Origin: Christensenellaceae bacterium
Lineage (GTDB): Bacteria; Bacillota; Clostridia; Christensenellales; Christensenellaceae
Assembly (NCBI GenBank): GCA_031556555.1
Contig: JAVBSU010000141.1
Coordinates: 1 to 36,604, forward strand
Length of the DNA: 36,604 bases
Reading direction: 5' to 3'
Positions 1 through 9,573 of this stretch are shown here, piece after piece; position 1 is the first letter of the stretch; each line of letters begins with the position of its first letter. The position numbers were made by a program, and so were the translations under genes. The notes under the pieces were generated by a model, which worked only from the letters and a program-made list of their open reading frames with translations, was not told where the DNA came from and ran no database searches.

Positions 1-2
1 TG

Positions 3-1457
3 ATCTTTTGGGTCAACATACTTGCCTCCGAACTGCCCCAGTCCTTCCATTCCGCCCATCAACCCGAACAGTGGAGCGCTCGTTCTCGCGGTAATTCTTT
101 TAACAATTTCGGATTGGTTATAGTACAGCCCCTCGCCATCCACGGAATAGTCACCCAAGAGTAGTACCGTGTCCGAAGGCAGCGCGGCTATCTGGTTCAA
201 AAGAGTATTCAGGGTAAGGTTTTCATTGTACTCGATATCAATGATTTCTTCCATCGGTTCGAGCTGCGCTTTAACATCTTCCCGCCAGGCTGTCCCGCGG
301 CTTGTGTAGTCATTTATAACAAATACGCTTTCCGCGCCTGGAAAGAGGCTTATTGCCTCTTCCACAGTCTCCATTGCCGCAATGTTTTCATACACGCCCG
401 TGTAGTTGCCTCCGAGCTCCCAGATGTACTCCACATCATCATTTATTCCGCAAAACACCACGGGAACACCCCTGAAAAACACCCCATAATAGTCGCATAC
501 AAATTTGAGCGCGTTTACGTCCGAAATCAGGATGACATCCGGCGGGCTCGACAGAAACATAGTCCTGACCGAATGATAGGCGTTTTGCGCCCGCTCGTAT
601 TCGGAATGAAAACGATTGGAATACAGCGGTATGTTATAATAGGATATATCTTCGTGCCCGCTCAAAACCGAATCGACGCCTTCTTTGAGCGCTCCGTCCC
701 AGGGGTCGTCCGGATAGTAAGATGAAATATGCAGCACTTCCTTTTGCCTGCCGCTGCTGTAGTAATCGCCGCTTACTATTGCGTCGTAGGAGCCGTCTTC
801 TTTCATGGCCTTTAAATTCCCGGCAACATCGGAAAGCATGTCTTCATGATCCTTGTTAAGGTATGTGAACGAAGGTATGTTGTCGAGTACGCCCACTTTT
901 TTGATGCCCCCGGCCACTATAAGGTCGACCCCGCTCGTTTCACTTGTGACGATAACGTCGCACTCCCCCGCGAGAAGCGCCATATTGAGTTCGTAAAACG
1001 ATTCTTTTTGCACTATTTCCGCAACGTCTTTGGGTAAATGGTTCATTATGTAAGTCTTTTGGTAAAGGCAACCTACTCTCAGGCCCGAATAATCGGCCCA
1101 TGAATTTATTTCAATATCCGAGTCTTCCATCGCGAACGCGGGGAAGCTCACCGATGAAAGCTGCTCCGGAACCATTACCAGGTTGGGAAAGTTCGCCTCA
1201 ATCCCCGCCGCCTGTGACGCAAGGCCGTCACTCTCCCCGCTGTTGGCCATCTGTATGGCATAGCCCATGGGAGCCGAGTCCATCGTCATGCTGTAGCCCG
1301 TTCTGCGCATCGCTTCGTAAAGCAGCCTGTCGATCATCGTGGACTCGTCCATACTTATAGCATAGTGGAAAATATCACTCTCGGCCGCGACAAATCCGGG
1401 GGCGGTAACGCACAATGCCAGCATTGCCAATAGTACAAACAACAGCGTGCGTTTCAT
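3..1457 (-). CDS. Exported or membrane-anchored protein with periplasmic solute-binding-like domains. Only the N-terminal 485 codons are present; the C-terminus lies beyond the window start.
   Basis: It is absent from the ORF track because it has no stop codon inside the window. I scanned every codon of this minus-strand frame from the ATG at 1457 down to position 3 and found no stop. The N-terminus MKRTLLFVLLAMLALCVTAPGFVAAE is a signal peptide. AGGAG lies 5 nt upstream of the ATG. The body resembles the tandem substrate-binding sensor modules at the N-termini of clostridial signalling proteins; that call is from memory only. Confidence 0.6.
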   Translation of the reverse strand, partial: MKRTLLFVLLAMLALCVTAPGFVAAESDIFHYAISMDESTMIDRLLYEAMRRTGYSMTMDSAPMGYAIQMANSGESDGLASQAAGIEANFPNLVMVPEQLSSVSFPAFAMEDSDIEINSWADYSGLRVGCLYQKTYIMNHLPKDVAEIVQKESFYELNMALLAGECDVIVTSETSGVDLIVAGGIKKVGVLDNIPSFTYLNKDHEDMLSDVAGNLKAMKEDGSYDAIVSGDYYSSGRQKEVLHISSYYPDDPWDGALKEGVDSVLSGHEDISYYNIPLYSNRFHSEYERAQNAYHSVRTMFLSSPPDVILISDVNALKFVCDYYGVFFRGVPVVFCGINDDVEYIWELGGNYTGVYENIAAMETVEEAISLFPGAESVFVINDYTSRGTAWREDVKAQLEPMEEIIDIEYNENLTLNTLLNQIAALPSDTVLLLGDYSVDGEGLYYNQSEIVKRITARTSAPLFGLMGGMEGLGQFGGKYVDPKD

Positions 1458-1593
1458 TACATCTCCTCTCATCTCAGCTCAGCTTTGCCGGGCGTTCGCC
1501 CCGTCTTTAACGAAATCACATTATTTTAGACACAGATTACAGTATATAACAAAATATTGGGATTAGAAACATATTTTTCACAGATTCAACAGC

Positions 1594-2535
1594 TTAATCC
1601 TCGCGGTTCCCGCCGCTCTCTTTTTCGATGTAAATGGGGCGGCGTTTAACTTCAAGATAGGTTTTGGCCATGTACTGGCTCAGGATGCCCACGCAAAAGA
1701 GCTGTATGCCGCCCACGAAGAGTATCATGCAGGCCAGCGAAGGCCAGCCTGCCACGGGATCGCCCCATATGAGCGCCCTTATGATTATCCAGATTATCAT
1801 TACGGCGGACACAAGGAACATTATCATGCCGAATATAGAGGCCAGGGCCAGCGGCGATGTTGAAAAGCCGATTATGCCGTCCAGCGAATACCTTAAAAGC
1901 TTCCAGAACGACCACTTTGTCTCTCCCGCCGCGCGCTCGACGTTCTCGTACTCAATCCACTTGACATCAAAGCCCACCCAGCTGAATATGCCTTTGGAAA
2001 AACGGTTGTACTCCTTTAAGGCGAGTATGGCGTTGACCATCTTGCGCCGCATTATGCGGTAGTCCCGCGCACCGTCCACGATGTTCGTTGGCGAGATCTT
2101 ATTGATCAGCTTGTAGAACGAGCGCGCGAAGAACGAGCGTATGGGCGGCTCTCCCGCGCGCGTAACCCTTCTCGTAGCGACGCAATCGTATCCGCCTTCT
2201 TTTAATTCGGTATACATTTCGGGCAGCAGGCCGGGAGGGTCCTGCATGTCCACGTCCATGACGGCCACGTAATCCCCCGTGGATTTTTCCAGCCCCGCGT
2301 ACATCGCGCCCTCCTTGCCGAAGTTGCGCGACAGTGAGACGTACTTAACGCGCCCATCCTTTTGGGCGAAGGAGCGCAGCACATCGAGCGTCGAGTCCCC
2401 CGAGCCGTCGTCTATAAATATGAGTTCGAAGGAGGCCCCGGCCATTTTCTCCATGACCTTCTCCATCTCGCCGTAAAATATGGGTAGCGACGCCTCTTCG
2501 TTGTAGCAGGGCACGACTATGCTTATTTTTTCCAT
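1594..2535 (-). CDS. Family 2 glycosyltransferase, polyprenyl-phosphate sugar transferase type (GtrB/ArnC/DPM1-like)
   Basis: The N-terminus ISIVVPCYNEE...FIDDGSGDST is the GT2 signature and includes a DxD-type motif (MDVDMQD). The C-terminus has two hydrophobic helices, as in GtrB-type enzymes. The start lies 1 nt after the glpK stop. Confidence 0.85.
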   Translation of the reverse strand: MEKISIVVPCYNEEASLPIFYGEMEKVMEKMAGASFELIFIDDGSGDSTLDVLRSFAQKDGRVKYVSLSRNFGKEGAMYAGLEKSTGDYVAVMDVDMQDPPGLLPEMYTELKEGGYDCVATRRVTRAGEPPIRSFFARSFYKLINKISPTNIVDGARDYRIMRRKMVNAILALKEYNRFSKGIFSWVGFDVKWIEYENVERAAGETKWSFWKLLRYSLDGIIGFSTSPLALASIFGMIMFLVSAVMIIWIIIRALIWGDPVAGWPSLACMILFVGGIQLFCVGILSQYMAKTYLEVKRRPIYIEKESGGNRED

Positions 2536-2536
2536 G

Positions 2537-4024
2537 TCACTCCTCGCTCCATCCCATAGACCGGCCGACGGCCTTGTCCCATCCCGAAAGGAGTTTTGCC
2601 CTCTCGTCTTCTTCCATATCAGGTACGAAGCGCTCCCCCTCGGGGTAGCCTTGCGCCGCGTCCTCCCCGTCTTTGTACATGCCCGCGCCGATCCCCGCCA
2701 GCCGCGCGGCTCCGATCGCGGTCGCCTCCGTCGTGGCTGAGCGGAGCACGCTTAATTGGCTTATATCTGACTGGAACTTCATTAAAAACCTGTTTGCCGA
2801 AGCGCCGCCGTCCGCCTTAAGGCTGGTAAGCTCCAATCCGGCATCCGCGCGCATGGCCACTATTACGTCGTTCGTCTGGTAGGCGATGGCCTCGAGCGCC
2901 GCCCGGATTATGTGGTCTTTGCCTGTTCCGCGCGTAAGGCCCAGCACAGCGCCGCGCGCGTACATATCCCAGCGCGGAGCCCCCAGGCCGGTAAAGGCAG
3001 GCACCACATAAACGCCGCCGTTGTCTTTCACTTTGCCCGCGAAGTACTCGCTGTCCGCGCTCGTGTCTATGAGCTTAAGCTCGTCCCGGAGCCACTGTAT
3101 CACAGCCCCGCCCATGAACACGCTCCCCTCTACCGCGTAGCAGGGTTTCCCGCCAAAAGACGCCGCCATGGTTGTCAGCAGTCCGTTCGCGCTCACGCAA
3201 GGTTTTCCGCCCGTGTTCATGAGCATAAAGCAACCCGTTCCGTAAGTGTTCTTGGCAGTGCCCGGCGCAAAACAGCCCTGGCCGAAGAGCGCCGCCTGCT
3301 GGTCGCCTGCCATTCCCGCTATCGGGATCTCCGCGCCCAGCGCGTCCGTACTTCCGTATACGTGTGCCGACGGGAAAATTTCAGGCAGCATTTGCCTTGG
3401 GATGTCCATCGCGCCCAACAGTTTTTCGTCCCACTCGAGCGAGTGTATGTTGAAAAACATGGTGCGCGAGGCGTTCGTGTAGTCGGTCGCGTGCACCGCG
3501 CCTTTTGTAAGCTTCCAGAGAAGCCAAGTGTCCACCGTGCCGAAGAGCAACTCTCCCCTCTCCGCTTTCTCCCGCGCGCCGGGTACTTCGTTAAGTATCC
3601 ACATGAGCTTGGTTGCGGAAAAGTACGCGTCGATCAAAAGGCCTGTCGCCTCTTGAATATATCCTTCAAGTCCGTCCGCTTTGAGCCGGGCGCATATGTC
3701 CGCCGTGCGGCGGCACTGCCACACTATCGCGTTGTAAACCGGTTTGCCGGTGGCCTTTTCCCAGACGACCGTTGTTTCCCGCTGGTTGGTTACGCCTATG
3801 GCCGCGATTTTCTTTATGTCCACGCCCGAAGCCTGCGCCGCTTCGCTCATAGCGCTCATCTGCGAGACGTATATCTCATCCGGGTCGTGTTCCACCCAGC
3901 CGGGTTTAGGATAGTACTGGGTGAACTCCCTGCCCCCCCGTCCCACTATATTCTGCCCCTCGTCGAAGATCAGGCAGCGGGAACTCGTAGTGCCCTGGTC
4001 GAGGGCCATTATGTACTTGGGCAT
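2537..4024 (-). CDS. glpK: Glycerol kinase
   Basis: 495 aa. [27 protein letters not shown] and [13 protein letters not shown] are canonical GlpK/FGGY motifs. Confidence 0.95.
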   Translation of the reverse strand: MPKYIMALDQGTTSSRCLIFDEGQNIVGRGGREFTQYYPKPGWVEHDPDEIYVSQMSAMSEAAQASGVDIKKIAAIGVTNQRETTVVWEKATGKPVYNAIVWQCRRTADICARLKADGLEGYIQEATGLLIDAYFSATKLMWILNEVPGAREKAERGELLFGTVDTWLLWKLTKGAVHATDYTNASRTMFFNIHSLEWDEKLLGAMDIPRQMLPEIFPSAHVYGSTDALGAEIPIAGMAGDQQAALFGQGCFAPGTAKNTYGTGCFMLMNTGGKPCVSANGLLTTMAASFGGKPCYAVEGSVFMGGAVIQWLRDELKLIDTSADSEYFAGKVKDNGGVYVVPAFTGLGAPRWDMYARGAVLGLTRGTGKDHIIRAALEAIAYQTNDVIVAMRADAGLELTSLKADGGASANRFLMKFQSDISQLSVLRSATTEATAIGAARLAGIGAGMYKDGEDAAQGYPEGERFVPDMEEDERAKLLSGWDKAVGRSMGWSEE

Positions 4025-5224
4025 TTACCCGTCCTCCCCGCCCTTATTCCATGCCGCAACCGCCGCCCCGCTCACTTCTCCGAACGAAACGCCGTGCTTG
4101 CGCGCGGCTGCCGCAACGTCCTCGAATTCGGGCTTTATCTTGTCCGCGCCGTAGCCTTGATAGCGCTTTATCTTCACCTCTCCGTAAGCTGTGGAGACGG
4201 AGCTCAGACTGGAAGACATCACGTAGCGCTTGCACATGCCTACCCTAACGCCCGCCGTACTCGTATGCTTTAATATGAGAGCCGCCATCCGGCCGGCTTC
4301 ATTCTCCGCGCAAAGGCAGGTCAAAAGCGTGGCCTGCCGGTTTTTCTTCATCATTATGGGGGTGGTGAAAGCATCGAGCGCGCCCTCAACAAACAGCCGC
4401 TCCATTGCGAAACTTACCGCCTCGGGAGGCATGTCGTCCAGGTTGCAGCAAAGCTCGGCGATCACGCTGTGCGCGCCGCCCGCCTCGCCTATAAAAGCCC
4501 TCACGCAGTTCAGCAGGGCAAAATCCTTACTGCCCATGCCGTAGCCCAGCCTCTGCGCGGCAATCCGCGCGTCGTCCGTGAATTCATCAACAAAATGGCG
4601 CAACAGCGCGGCCCCTGTGGGCGTGCAAAGCTCCGCCTCGATCTTGCCCCGCCTCGACGGGATGCCGTTCAAAAGTTCGGCCGTTGCGGGCGCGGGCACG
4701 GGCAGCTCGCCGTGGCTGTTTTTTATGTGGCCGTAGCCTGTCACGACCTCGGACGCCATTATCCTGTCCGGCGCAAGTTCTTCTATCAAGAGGCAGAAGC
4801 CCGCTATGTCCATGACCGCGTCCATCGCCCCAAGCTCGTGGAAATGCACCTCTAATACGGGCACTCCATGCACTTTGGCTTCCGCGTCCGCCAGCAGCTT
4901 GTAGACGGCGGCGGTGTTCTCCTTTACGAAATCCGAAGCATTAAGCCTTTCTATTATGCTGCCGATATCGGCAGGCGTCCTTCCGCCGTGATCCGATGCC
5001 GCGGCCACGCCCTGTTTCTCTACCTGCCCGCCGATCGAAACGCTTACGCCGCTCCCCTCTATTCCCATCTTAGAGACGCGTTTATGCGTGACACGCGCGC
5101 CCGGCACGCCCAGCGCGTTCAGCTTTTCCACCGCGCGCCCGGCATCGGGCATAAGGTCTAACAGCGCGGCCATCAGCATGTCCCCGGACGCTCCCATCGC
5201 GCACTCAAGGTAGAGTGTTTTCAT
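4025..5224 (-). CDS. larC: LarC, nickel insertion (cyclometallase) protein for the nickel-pincer nucleotide cofactor (DUF111 family)
   Basis: The N-terminus LYLECAMGASGDMLMAALLDL matches the LarC/DUF111 signature. Length is 399 aa. It overlaps larB by 20 nt and abuts the glpK start. Confidence 0.85.
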   Translation of the reverse strand: MKTLYLECAMGASGDMLMAALLDLMPDAGRAVEKLNALGVPGARVTHKRVSKMGIEGSGVSVSIGGQVEKQGVAAASDHGGRTPADIGSIIERLNASDFVKENTAAVYKLLADAEAKVHGVPVLEVHFHELGAMDAVMDIAGFCLLIEELAPDRIMASEVVTGYGHIKNSHGELPVPAPATAELLNGIPSRRGKIEAELCTPTGAALLRHFVDEFTDDARIAAQRLGYGMGSKDFALLNCVRAFIGEAGGAHSVIAELCCNLDDMPPEAVSFAMERLFVEGALDAFTTPIMMKKNRQATLLTCLCAENEAGRMAALILKHTSTAGVRVGMCKRYVMSSSLSSVSTAYGEVKIKRYQGYGADKIKPEFEDVAAAARKHGVSFGEVSGAAVAAWNKGGEDG

Positions 5225-5972
5225 TATCTTCTCCTATGCGGTTTATCATGGCGGCCAGGTAGCCCGCGCCAAAACCGTTGTCTATATTCACCACGCTGAC
5301 CCCGCTCGAGCAGGAATTCAACATGGCTAAAAGCGCCGCCACCCCGCCGAAAGACGCGCCGTAACCCACGCTCGTGGGCACGGCTATCACAGGGCAGTCA
5401 CTGAGCCCGCCGACCACGCTGGCGAGCGCGCCCTCCATCCCCGCTACGGCTATCACGGCGTTCGCGCTCATTATTTCGTCCATGTGCGAAAGCAGCCTTT
5501 GCAGCCCAGCCACGCCCGCGTCGTACACGCGCGTGACTCTGCTGCCCAAAAGCTCGGCCGTGAGCGCGGCTTCCTCCGCTATGGGCATGTCGCTCGTACC
5601 GCCCGACGCGACGAGGACGCTTCCCCTGCCCGGCGGCATCCCGCCCACCCAGCCTATGCGGGAAATATCGCAGTAAGTGAAGTCGTGATGGCTTTTTACG
5701 AGTTCAGCGGCTTCTTCCGACATCTTTGTTATGATGACGGTCTTCTCGCCGTTTTCAACCATGGAATCGACTATACCGAGTATCTGCCCTGGCGTCTTGC
5801 CCATGCCGAATATCACTTCTGCCGCGCCCTGCCTGAGGCCCCTGTGGTGGTCCACTTTCGCGTACCCCAAATCCTCGAAGGGCTTAGCCTTTACGCGCAG
5901 CACCGCCTCGTCCGGTGTGAGCCCGCCGTCCCTCACGGCATTGAAGAGTTCTTTCAGTTCACGTTTATTCAT
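5205..5972 (-). CDS. larB: LarB, pyridinium-3,5-biscarboxylic acid mononucleotide synthase (PurE-like NaAD carboxylase/hydrolase)
   Basis: KVDHHRGLRQGAAEVIFGMGKTP is followed by a PurE-like GGTSDMPIAEEA block. It sits next to larC. Confidence 0.85.
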   Translation of the reverse strand: MNKRELKELFNAVRDGGLTPDEAVLRVKAKPFEDLGYAKVDHHRGLRQGAAEVIFGMGKTPGQILGIVDSMVENGEKTVIITKMSEEAAELVKSHHDFTYCDISRIGWVGGMPPGRGSVLVASGGTSDMPIAEEAALTAELLGSRVTRVYDAGVAGLQRLLSHMDEIMSANAVIAVAGMEGALASVVGGLSDCPVIAVPTSVGYGASFGGVAALLAMLNSCSSGVSVVNIDNGFGAGYLAAMINRIGEDNENTLP

Positions 5973-6321
5973 TTTCTTCCTTTATTGAAACTAGCACCTT
6001 TTGTATATCTTCCCTTAATACAGGAGTTTTGCTGTTTATAAAATCCCACAGTAAATCCGGCAATATGCTGTTGTCATAGTCATGAGCCAATAAATTTCTA
6101 AAATTATATAACGCACGGGCAGATAAAGACAGCTTTTCTTTGCCGTGATCCGTCAACTTATAGCACAACTCTCCCACAACATTGACAGCCATCGCGGCGG
6201 CCAGTTGCTTTTCAAGATTATTACAGAATTCCGCTTTGCTCAAACCGCCTGTGATATCGCTTAGGATATCCAGCCAGTTTTGCATCTTAACCCAGATTTC
6301 AAAGTCTTTATTTCTTCTCAT
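5965..6321 (-). CDS. hepT: HepT-family (DUF86, HEPN) toxin of a type VII toxin-antitoxin pair
   Basis: 118 aa. The RX4HXY motif is present as RNLLAHDY. It overlaps the upstream nucleotidyltransferase gene by 14 nt and the larB start by 8 nt. Confidence 0.8.
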   Translation of the reverse strand: MRRNKDFEIWVKMQNWLDILSDITGGLSKAEFCNNLEKQLAAAMAVNVVGELCYKLTDHGKEKLSLSARALYNFRNLLAHDYDNSILPDLLWDFINSKTPVLREDIQKVLVSIKEENE

Positions 6322-6592
6322 AAAGCACTATTTCCTTATCAAGGGCAAATCCATTCTTTTTGGCGTTAGACGTTACTACATCTACCGGCAAATGCAAAGC
6401 ATCCTGGAGCTCCAATTGATAACAGGAAAGCTCATATAATGTGAATCCCTTTTTATACTCGATAAAAATATCCACATCGCTTCTATCGTCCGCTTCACCT
6501 GTCGCGTACGAGCCAAACAAAAAAACTTTTTCTATGTCATATCCGGGAGTTATCTTGTTAACCTCTTTTTTGATCTTGTCTGCGGTCAGCAA
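6308..6592 (-). CDS. mntA: MntA-family minimal nucleotidyltransferase antitoxin
   Basis: 94 aa. The GSX10DXD motif is present as GSYATGEADDRSDVD. The start codon is TTG, with AAGGAG 8 nt upstream. Confidence 0.8.
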   Translation of the reverse strand: MLTADKIKKEVNKITPGYDIEKVFLFGSYATGEADDRSDVDIFIEYKKGFTLYELSCYQLELQDALHLPVDVVTSNAKKNGFALDKEIVLYEKK

Positions 6593-6622
6593 AGCAATCA
6601 GCTCCTTTTTTGTCTAATTATA

Positions 6623-7690
6623 TCACATTCGTGCCTTTATCTCATCCCTGACGGCGTCCCCCATGACGGACGTAGAGACGTACTCGCCGCCGCCCGCGAT
6701 ATCCGCCGTCCTAAGCCCTTTTGTAATTACGCTGCTTACCGCATCCTCCACAACCTTTGCTTCGTCTTCCAGCCCCAGCGAGTGCCTCAGCAGCATGGCG
6801 CAGGAAAGTATTGTGGCCAGGGGGTTCGCAAGGCCTTTGCCCGCGATGTCCGGTGCGGAACCGTGGATGGGTTCGTACATTCCAAGGGCCGATTCGCCCA
6901 GTGAAGCCGACGGCAGCATGCCTATAGAGCCGGTTATCATGCTCGCCTCGTCCGAAAGAATGTCCCCGAAAAGGTTGCCCGTCAGAATAACGTCGAACTG
7001 GCGCGGGTTCCTTATGAGCTGCATGGCGGCGTTGTCCACGTACATATGGTTTAATTCTATGTCCGTGTACTCCTCCGCCGTCTCGGTAACTACCTTGCGC
7101 CATAGCTTGGACGTTGCCAGCACGTTGGCCTTGTCCACGCTCGTTACCCTGCCGCCGCGGCCCCTCGCCGCCTCGAACGCCACGCGCGCGATCCGCGAAA
7201 CTTCACCCGCAGTGTAGTTCATCACGTCGTACATCCTGTTGTCGTCCCCGCCCTTCTCGCCAAAGTAAACGTCGCCCGTTAGCTCGCGCACAACGAGTAT
7301 GTCCAGCTTGTCGCCTATTATCTCATTTTTTAGCGGGCAGGCGTCCTTGAGTTCATTATATATTATTGCCGGGCGGAGGTTGGCGAAAAGGCCCAGCCCG
7401 CCCCTCAGCCGCAGCAGCCCCCGCTCCGGGCGTTTGTCCACGGGCAGCGCGTCCCACTTCTCTCCGCCCACGGCGGCCAGGAACACCGCGTCGCTCTCCC
7501 TGCACGCCTCAAGCGAAACCTCGGGCAGCGGGTCTCCGCATTCGTCTATGGCCACGCCGCCGGCCAGCACTTCCTCAAAAACGAATTTATGAGAATATAC
7601 CTCGCCCACGCGTCTTAAAATCTTTACGCCTTCTTCCGCTATTTCGGGGCCAATCCCGTCGCCCCGTATAAGCGCTATCCTGTAAGCCAT
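6623..7690 (-). CDS. leuB: 3-isopropylmalate dehydrogenase
   Basis: [13 protein letters not shown] and [26 protein letters not shown] are canonical LeuB motifs. I place the start at the ATG at 7690 (MAYRIALI...), which has AGGT 6 nt upstream. The track's TTG at 7708 would add only 6 residues. Confidence 0.93.
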   Translation of the reverse strand: MAYRIALIRGDGIGPEIAEEGVKILRRVGEVYSHKFVFEEVLAGGVAIDECGDPLPEVSLEACRESDAVFLAAVGGEKWDALPVDKRPERGLLRLRGGLGLFANLRPAIIYNELKDACPLKNEIIGDKLDILVVRELTGDVYFGEKGGDDNRMYDVMNYTAGEVSRIARVAFEAARGRGGRVTSVDKANVLATSKLWRKVVTETAEEYTDIELNHMYVDNAAMQLIRNPRQFDVILTGNLFGDILSDEASMITGSIGMLPSASLGESALGMYEPIHGSAPDIAGKGLANPLATILSCAMLLRHSLGLEDEAKVVEDAVSSVITKGLRTADIAGGGEYVSTSVMGDAVRDEIKARM

Positions 7691-7767
7691 AATTTTACCT
7701 GCTTTCAATTTAAATTTATGTTAAACTATATTATATATCAAAAATGGCAATGCAGAAAGTATGAGTT

Positions 7768-8586
7768 ATGAAAACCGGAATGTCAACAGCCTGCTTTTTC
7801 AACAGGCTGTACAACGAGGACGCTATAGTAAGGATTGGACGCTTTGGGATAAGGGAGGCTGAAATTTTCTTTTCGGCGCGCATGGAGTACACAAAGGAAT
7901 ACATAAGCGAGCTCAAGCGCGTGTGTGACGGCGAGGGCGTTAAGGTTGTTTCGGTGCACGCGCTGCCCACGCACTTTGAGCCCCAGCTCTTTTCCAGGCA
8001 CGGACGGCAGCAGGCCGAGGCGATGGAAATTTTCGAAGCCGTGCTTAATGCGGCGCACAGCCTGGGCGCGGGCGTGTACGTGTTTCACGGGCCCATACAC
8101 TTAAAAGTCGCGAGAAAGCCCAATATAAATTTCAAACGGGTGGGCGAGCGCCTGACCGCCCTTTGCGAGCGCGCCGGGGAGTTTGGCGTGGCGCTCTGCT
8201 ACGAGACTGTGCACTGGTGCTGGTACAGCACTCCTTCCTTCGCGAAACAGCTGCTGCGCCATACCGGTACCGGCAACCTTTACTTTACCCTGGACATGAA
8301 GCAGGCCGCGCAGTCCGGCTACCCGCCCGCGGAATACATCGAGGGCATGGGCGGCCGTTTAAAGCACGTGCACGTCTGCGATTACAGGATAGATCCTGAG
8401 AAAGGCGTTACGCCCTGCCTTCCCTTTACGGGCGAATCCGACTGGCAGGGCCTTAAAGCCTCTCTTTTAAACGCTAACTTCGACGGACACATTATGATGG
8501 AAGTCTACGCGAACAACTATAAAAGCTACGCCCAGCTCGCCCGCAGCTACGAAGAAGTGAAAACCTTCTTCAACGCTCCGCTGTAG
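7768..8586 (+). CDS. Sugar phosphate isomerase/epimerase (xylose-isomerase-like TIM barrel family)
   Basis: 272 aa. The layout of family-like blocks (VHALP..., GAGVYVFHGP, ALCYETVHW, HVHVCDY, MMEVY) fits AP-endonuclease-2/xylose isomerase-like TIM barrels. The substrate is unknown. Confidence 0.7.
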   Translation: MKTGMSTACFFNRLYNEDAIVRIGRFGIREAEIFFSARMEYTKEYISELKRVCDGEGVKVVSVHALPTHFEPQLFSRHGRQQAEAMEIFEAVLNAAHSLGAGVYVFHGPIHLKVARKPNINFKRVGERLTALCERAGEFGVALCYETVHWCWYSTPSFAKQLLRHTGTGNLYFTLDMKQAAQSGYPPAEYIEGMGGRLKHVHVCDYRIDPEKGVTPCLPFTGESDWQGLKASLLNANFDGHIMMEVYANNYKSYAQLARSYEEVKTFFNAPL

Positions 8587-9286
8587 CGACTGTCTTGGCT
8601 TTTGCAGTGCCCGCGAGCTGCGCTTTGGCCTGCGCCTTCGCGCGGTTAAACATCCTTGATATGGCGGGTATGGCCGCTACGGCTATGCAAACCGCGCACT
8701 CTATTCCCACAACCGAGCCGCTGTAGCCCAGCGAATACAGCCATGCGGGCACGCCTTCGGGCGCGTATTCCCCGAAAAAGACGAAGCCGCTAACGAACTG
8801 GCACAAAAAGCGGCCCGCGCAGCCGTAGATTATTCCGGGTATAATGTTGTTCTTGGCCAGGCCGGCAAGTCCCAAAAGCGAGAAGGCGAGGACGTAGTCC
8901 AGCAAAAACTGTACGGGCGTCAGGAAAAACGGCTCCTGTACAAACTGGAGCAGCGAGTAGCAAAACCCGACTATCATGCCCTTCTTTACGCCGTAAATGT
9001 AGGCGAACGCCATTATGGGCAGCATGCTGGCCGGCGTTATCGACCCGCCCTGGGGCATTGAAAACAGTTTTATATAGCTTAACAGGAAGGCCACGCCTAT
9101 AGACAGGGCAGCGGTCGTCACTTCTTTTGTAGTCCACTGGGATTTTGTGAGCTTGCCGCCCTCCCTGGCCTTTTTCCGGTAGAAGACGTAGCCCGCTATC
9201 CCCACGGCAAGCGCCGCGATCACTATCACCAGCGTCACCGCCGTTATTTCCGAAAAACCGCCGAACGCTTCATTAAACCAATCCAT
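8570..9286 (-). CDS. thiT: ECF-transporter S component for thiamine (ThiT-like), with an extra N-terminal helix
   Basis: The FSMPQGGSITPASMLPIMAFAYIYG and LLDYVLAFSLLGLAGL blocks match ThiT. GGAGG lies 9 nt upstream. A TPP riboswitch lies immediately 5' on the same strand. Confidence 0.75.
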   Translation of the reverse strand: MDWFNEAFGGFSEITAVTLVIVIAALAVGIAGYVFYRKKAREGGKLTKSQWTTKEVTTAALSIGVAFLLSYIKLFSMPQGGSITPASMLPIMAFAYIYGVKKGMIVGFCYSLLQFVQEPFFLTPVQFLLDYVLAFSLLGLAGLAKNNIIPGIIYGCAGRFLCQFVSGFVFFGEYAPEGVPAWLYSLGYSGSVVGIECAVCIAVAAIPAISRMFNRAKAQAKAQLAGTAKAKTVATAER

Positions 9287-9363
9287 GCTTTTAATCCTCC
9301 AAATTTCTAATCGTAGATTTTTAAACTCCCGCCGCGGTTTTAACCCAAAAAACTCCGCATCGA

Positions 9364-9392
9364 ATAAAAAAACTCCGCACCGGAGCAGGAGT
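9364..9392 (-). terminator. Intrinsic terminator forming the expression platform of the TPP riboswitch
   Basis: On the minus strand the sequence reads CUCCG-gug-CGGAG (plus-strand 9373-9385), followed by 7 U (plus-strand A-run 9366-9372). It lies between the aptamer and the thiT RBS. Confidence 0.6.
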
Positions 9393-9411
9393 TGAAAAAA
9401 ATTTAGAAAGA

Positions 9412-9507
9412 CTCGCTTTCCTGCACACGAATTACCGTGACCGGTTCATAGGGTATGTATCTCAGCCAGCTTACAAAACCAAGTGGTTTTAAGGCACCCC
9501 TAGCGGC
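9412..9507 (-). promoter_or_regulatory. TPP (THI-box) riboswitch aptamer
   Basis: The minus strand reads CGCUAGGGGUGCC...GGCUGAGAUACAUACCCUAUGAACCGGUCACGGUAAUUCGUGUGCAGGAAAGCG. All hallmark blocks are in order: GGGGUGC, CUGAGA, ACCC, GAACC, a helix with the UAAU loop, and AGGAA closing P1 (CGCU/AGCG). A TATAAT box lies about 35 nt upstream on the same strand (plus-strand 9542-9547). Confidence 0.8.
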
Positions 9508-9532
9508 GTATGAAGTTTTATGCCACGCTTTG

Positions 9533-9547
9533 TGGTATAGTATTATA
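9533..9547. promoter_or_regulatory. Overlapping divergent -10 elements for yfbR (+) and the thiT leader (-)
   Basis: The plus strand has TGgTATAGT (TG at 9533-9534, box at 9536-9541), an extended -10. The minus strand has TATAAT at 9542-9547. The nearest minus-strand TTGACA is 20 nt away, so the -35 is poor. Confidence 0.4.
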
Positions 9548-9573
9548 CTAGATTAAAATAAAAGGAGTGTCAA

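Noticed and set aside
2912-4273. 453-aa plus-strand ORF, the longest unexplained ORF in the track
   Set aside because: It lies entirely antisense to glpK and larC, both of which have unmistakable family motifs. Its translation is Arg/His/Ala-rich and low in complexity, as expected for the antisense frame of high-GC coding DNA.
7691-7767. T-box or leucine leader upstream of leuB, and the TTG-extended leuB start at 7708
   Set aside because: The spacer to the divergent gene is under 80 nt, too short for a T-box. The ATG at 7690 gives the canonical LeuB N-terminus and has an SD-like AGGT.
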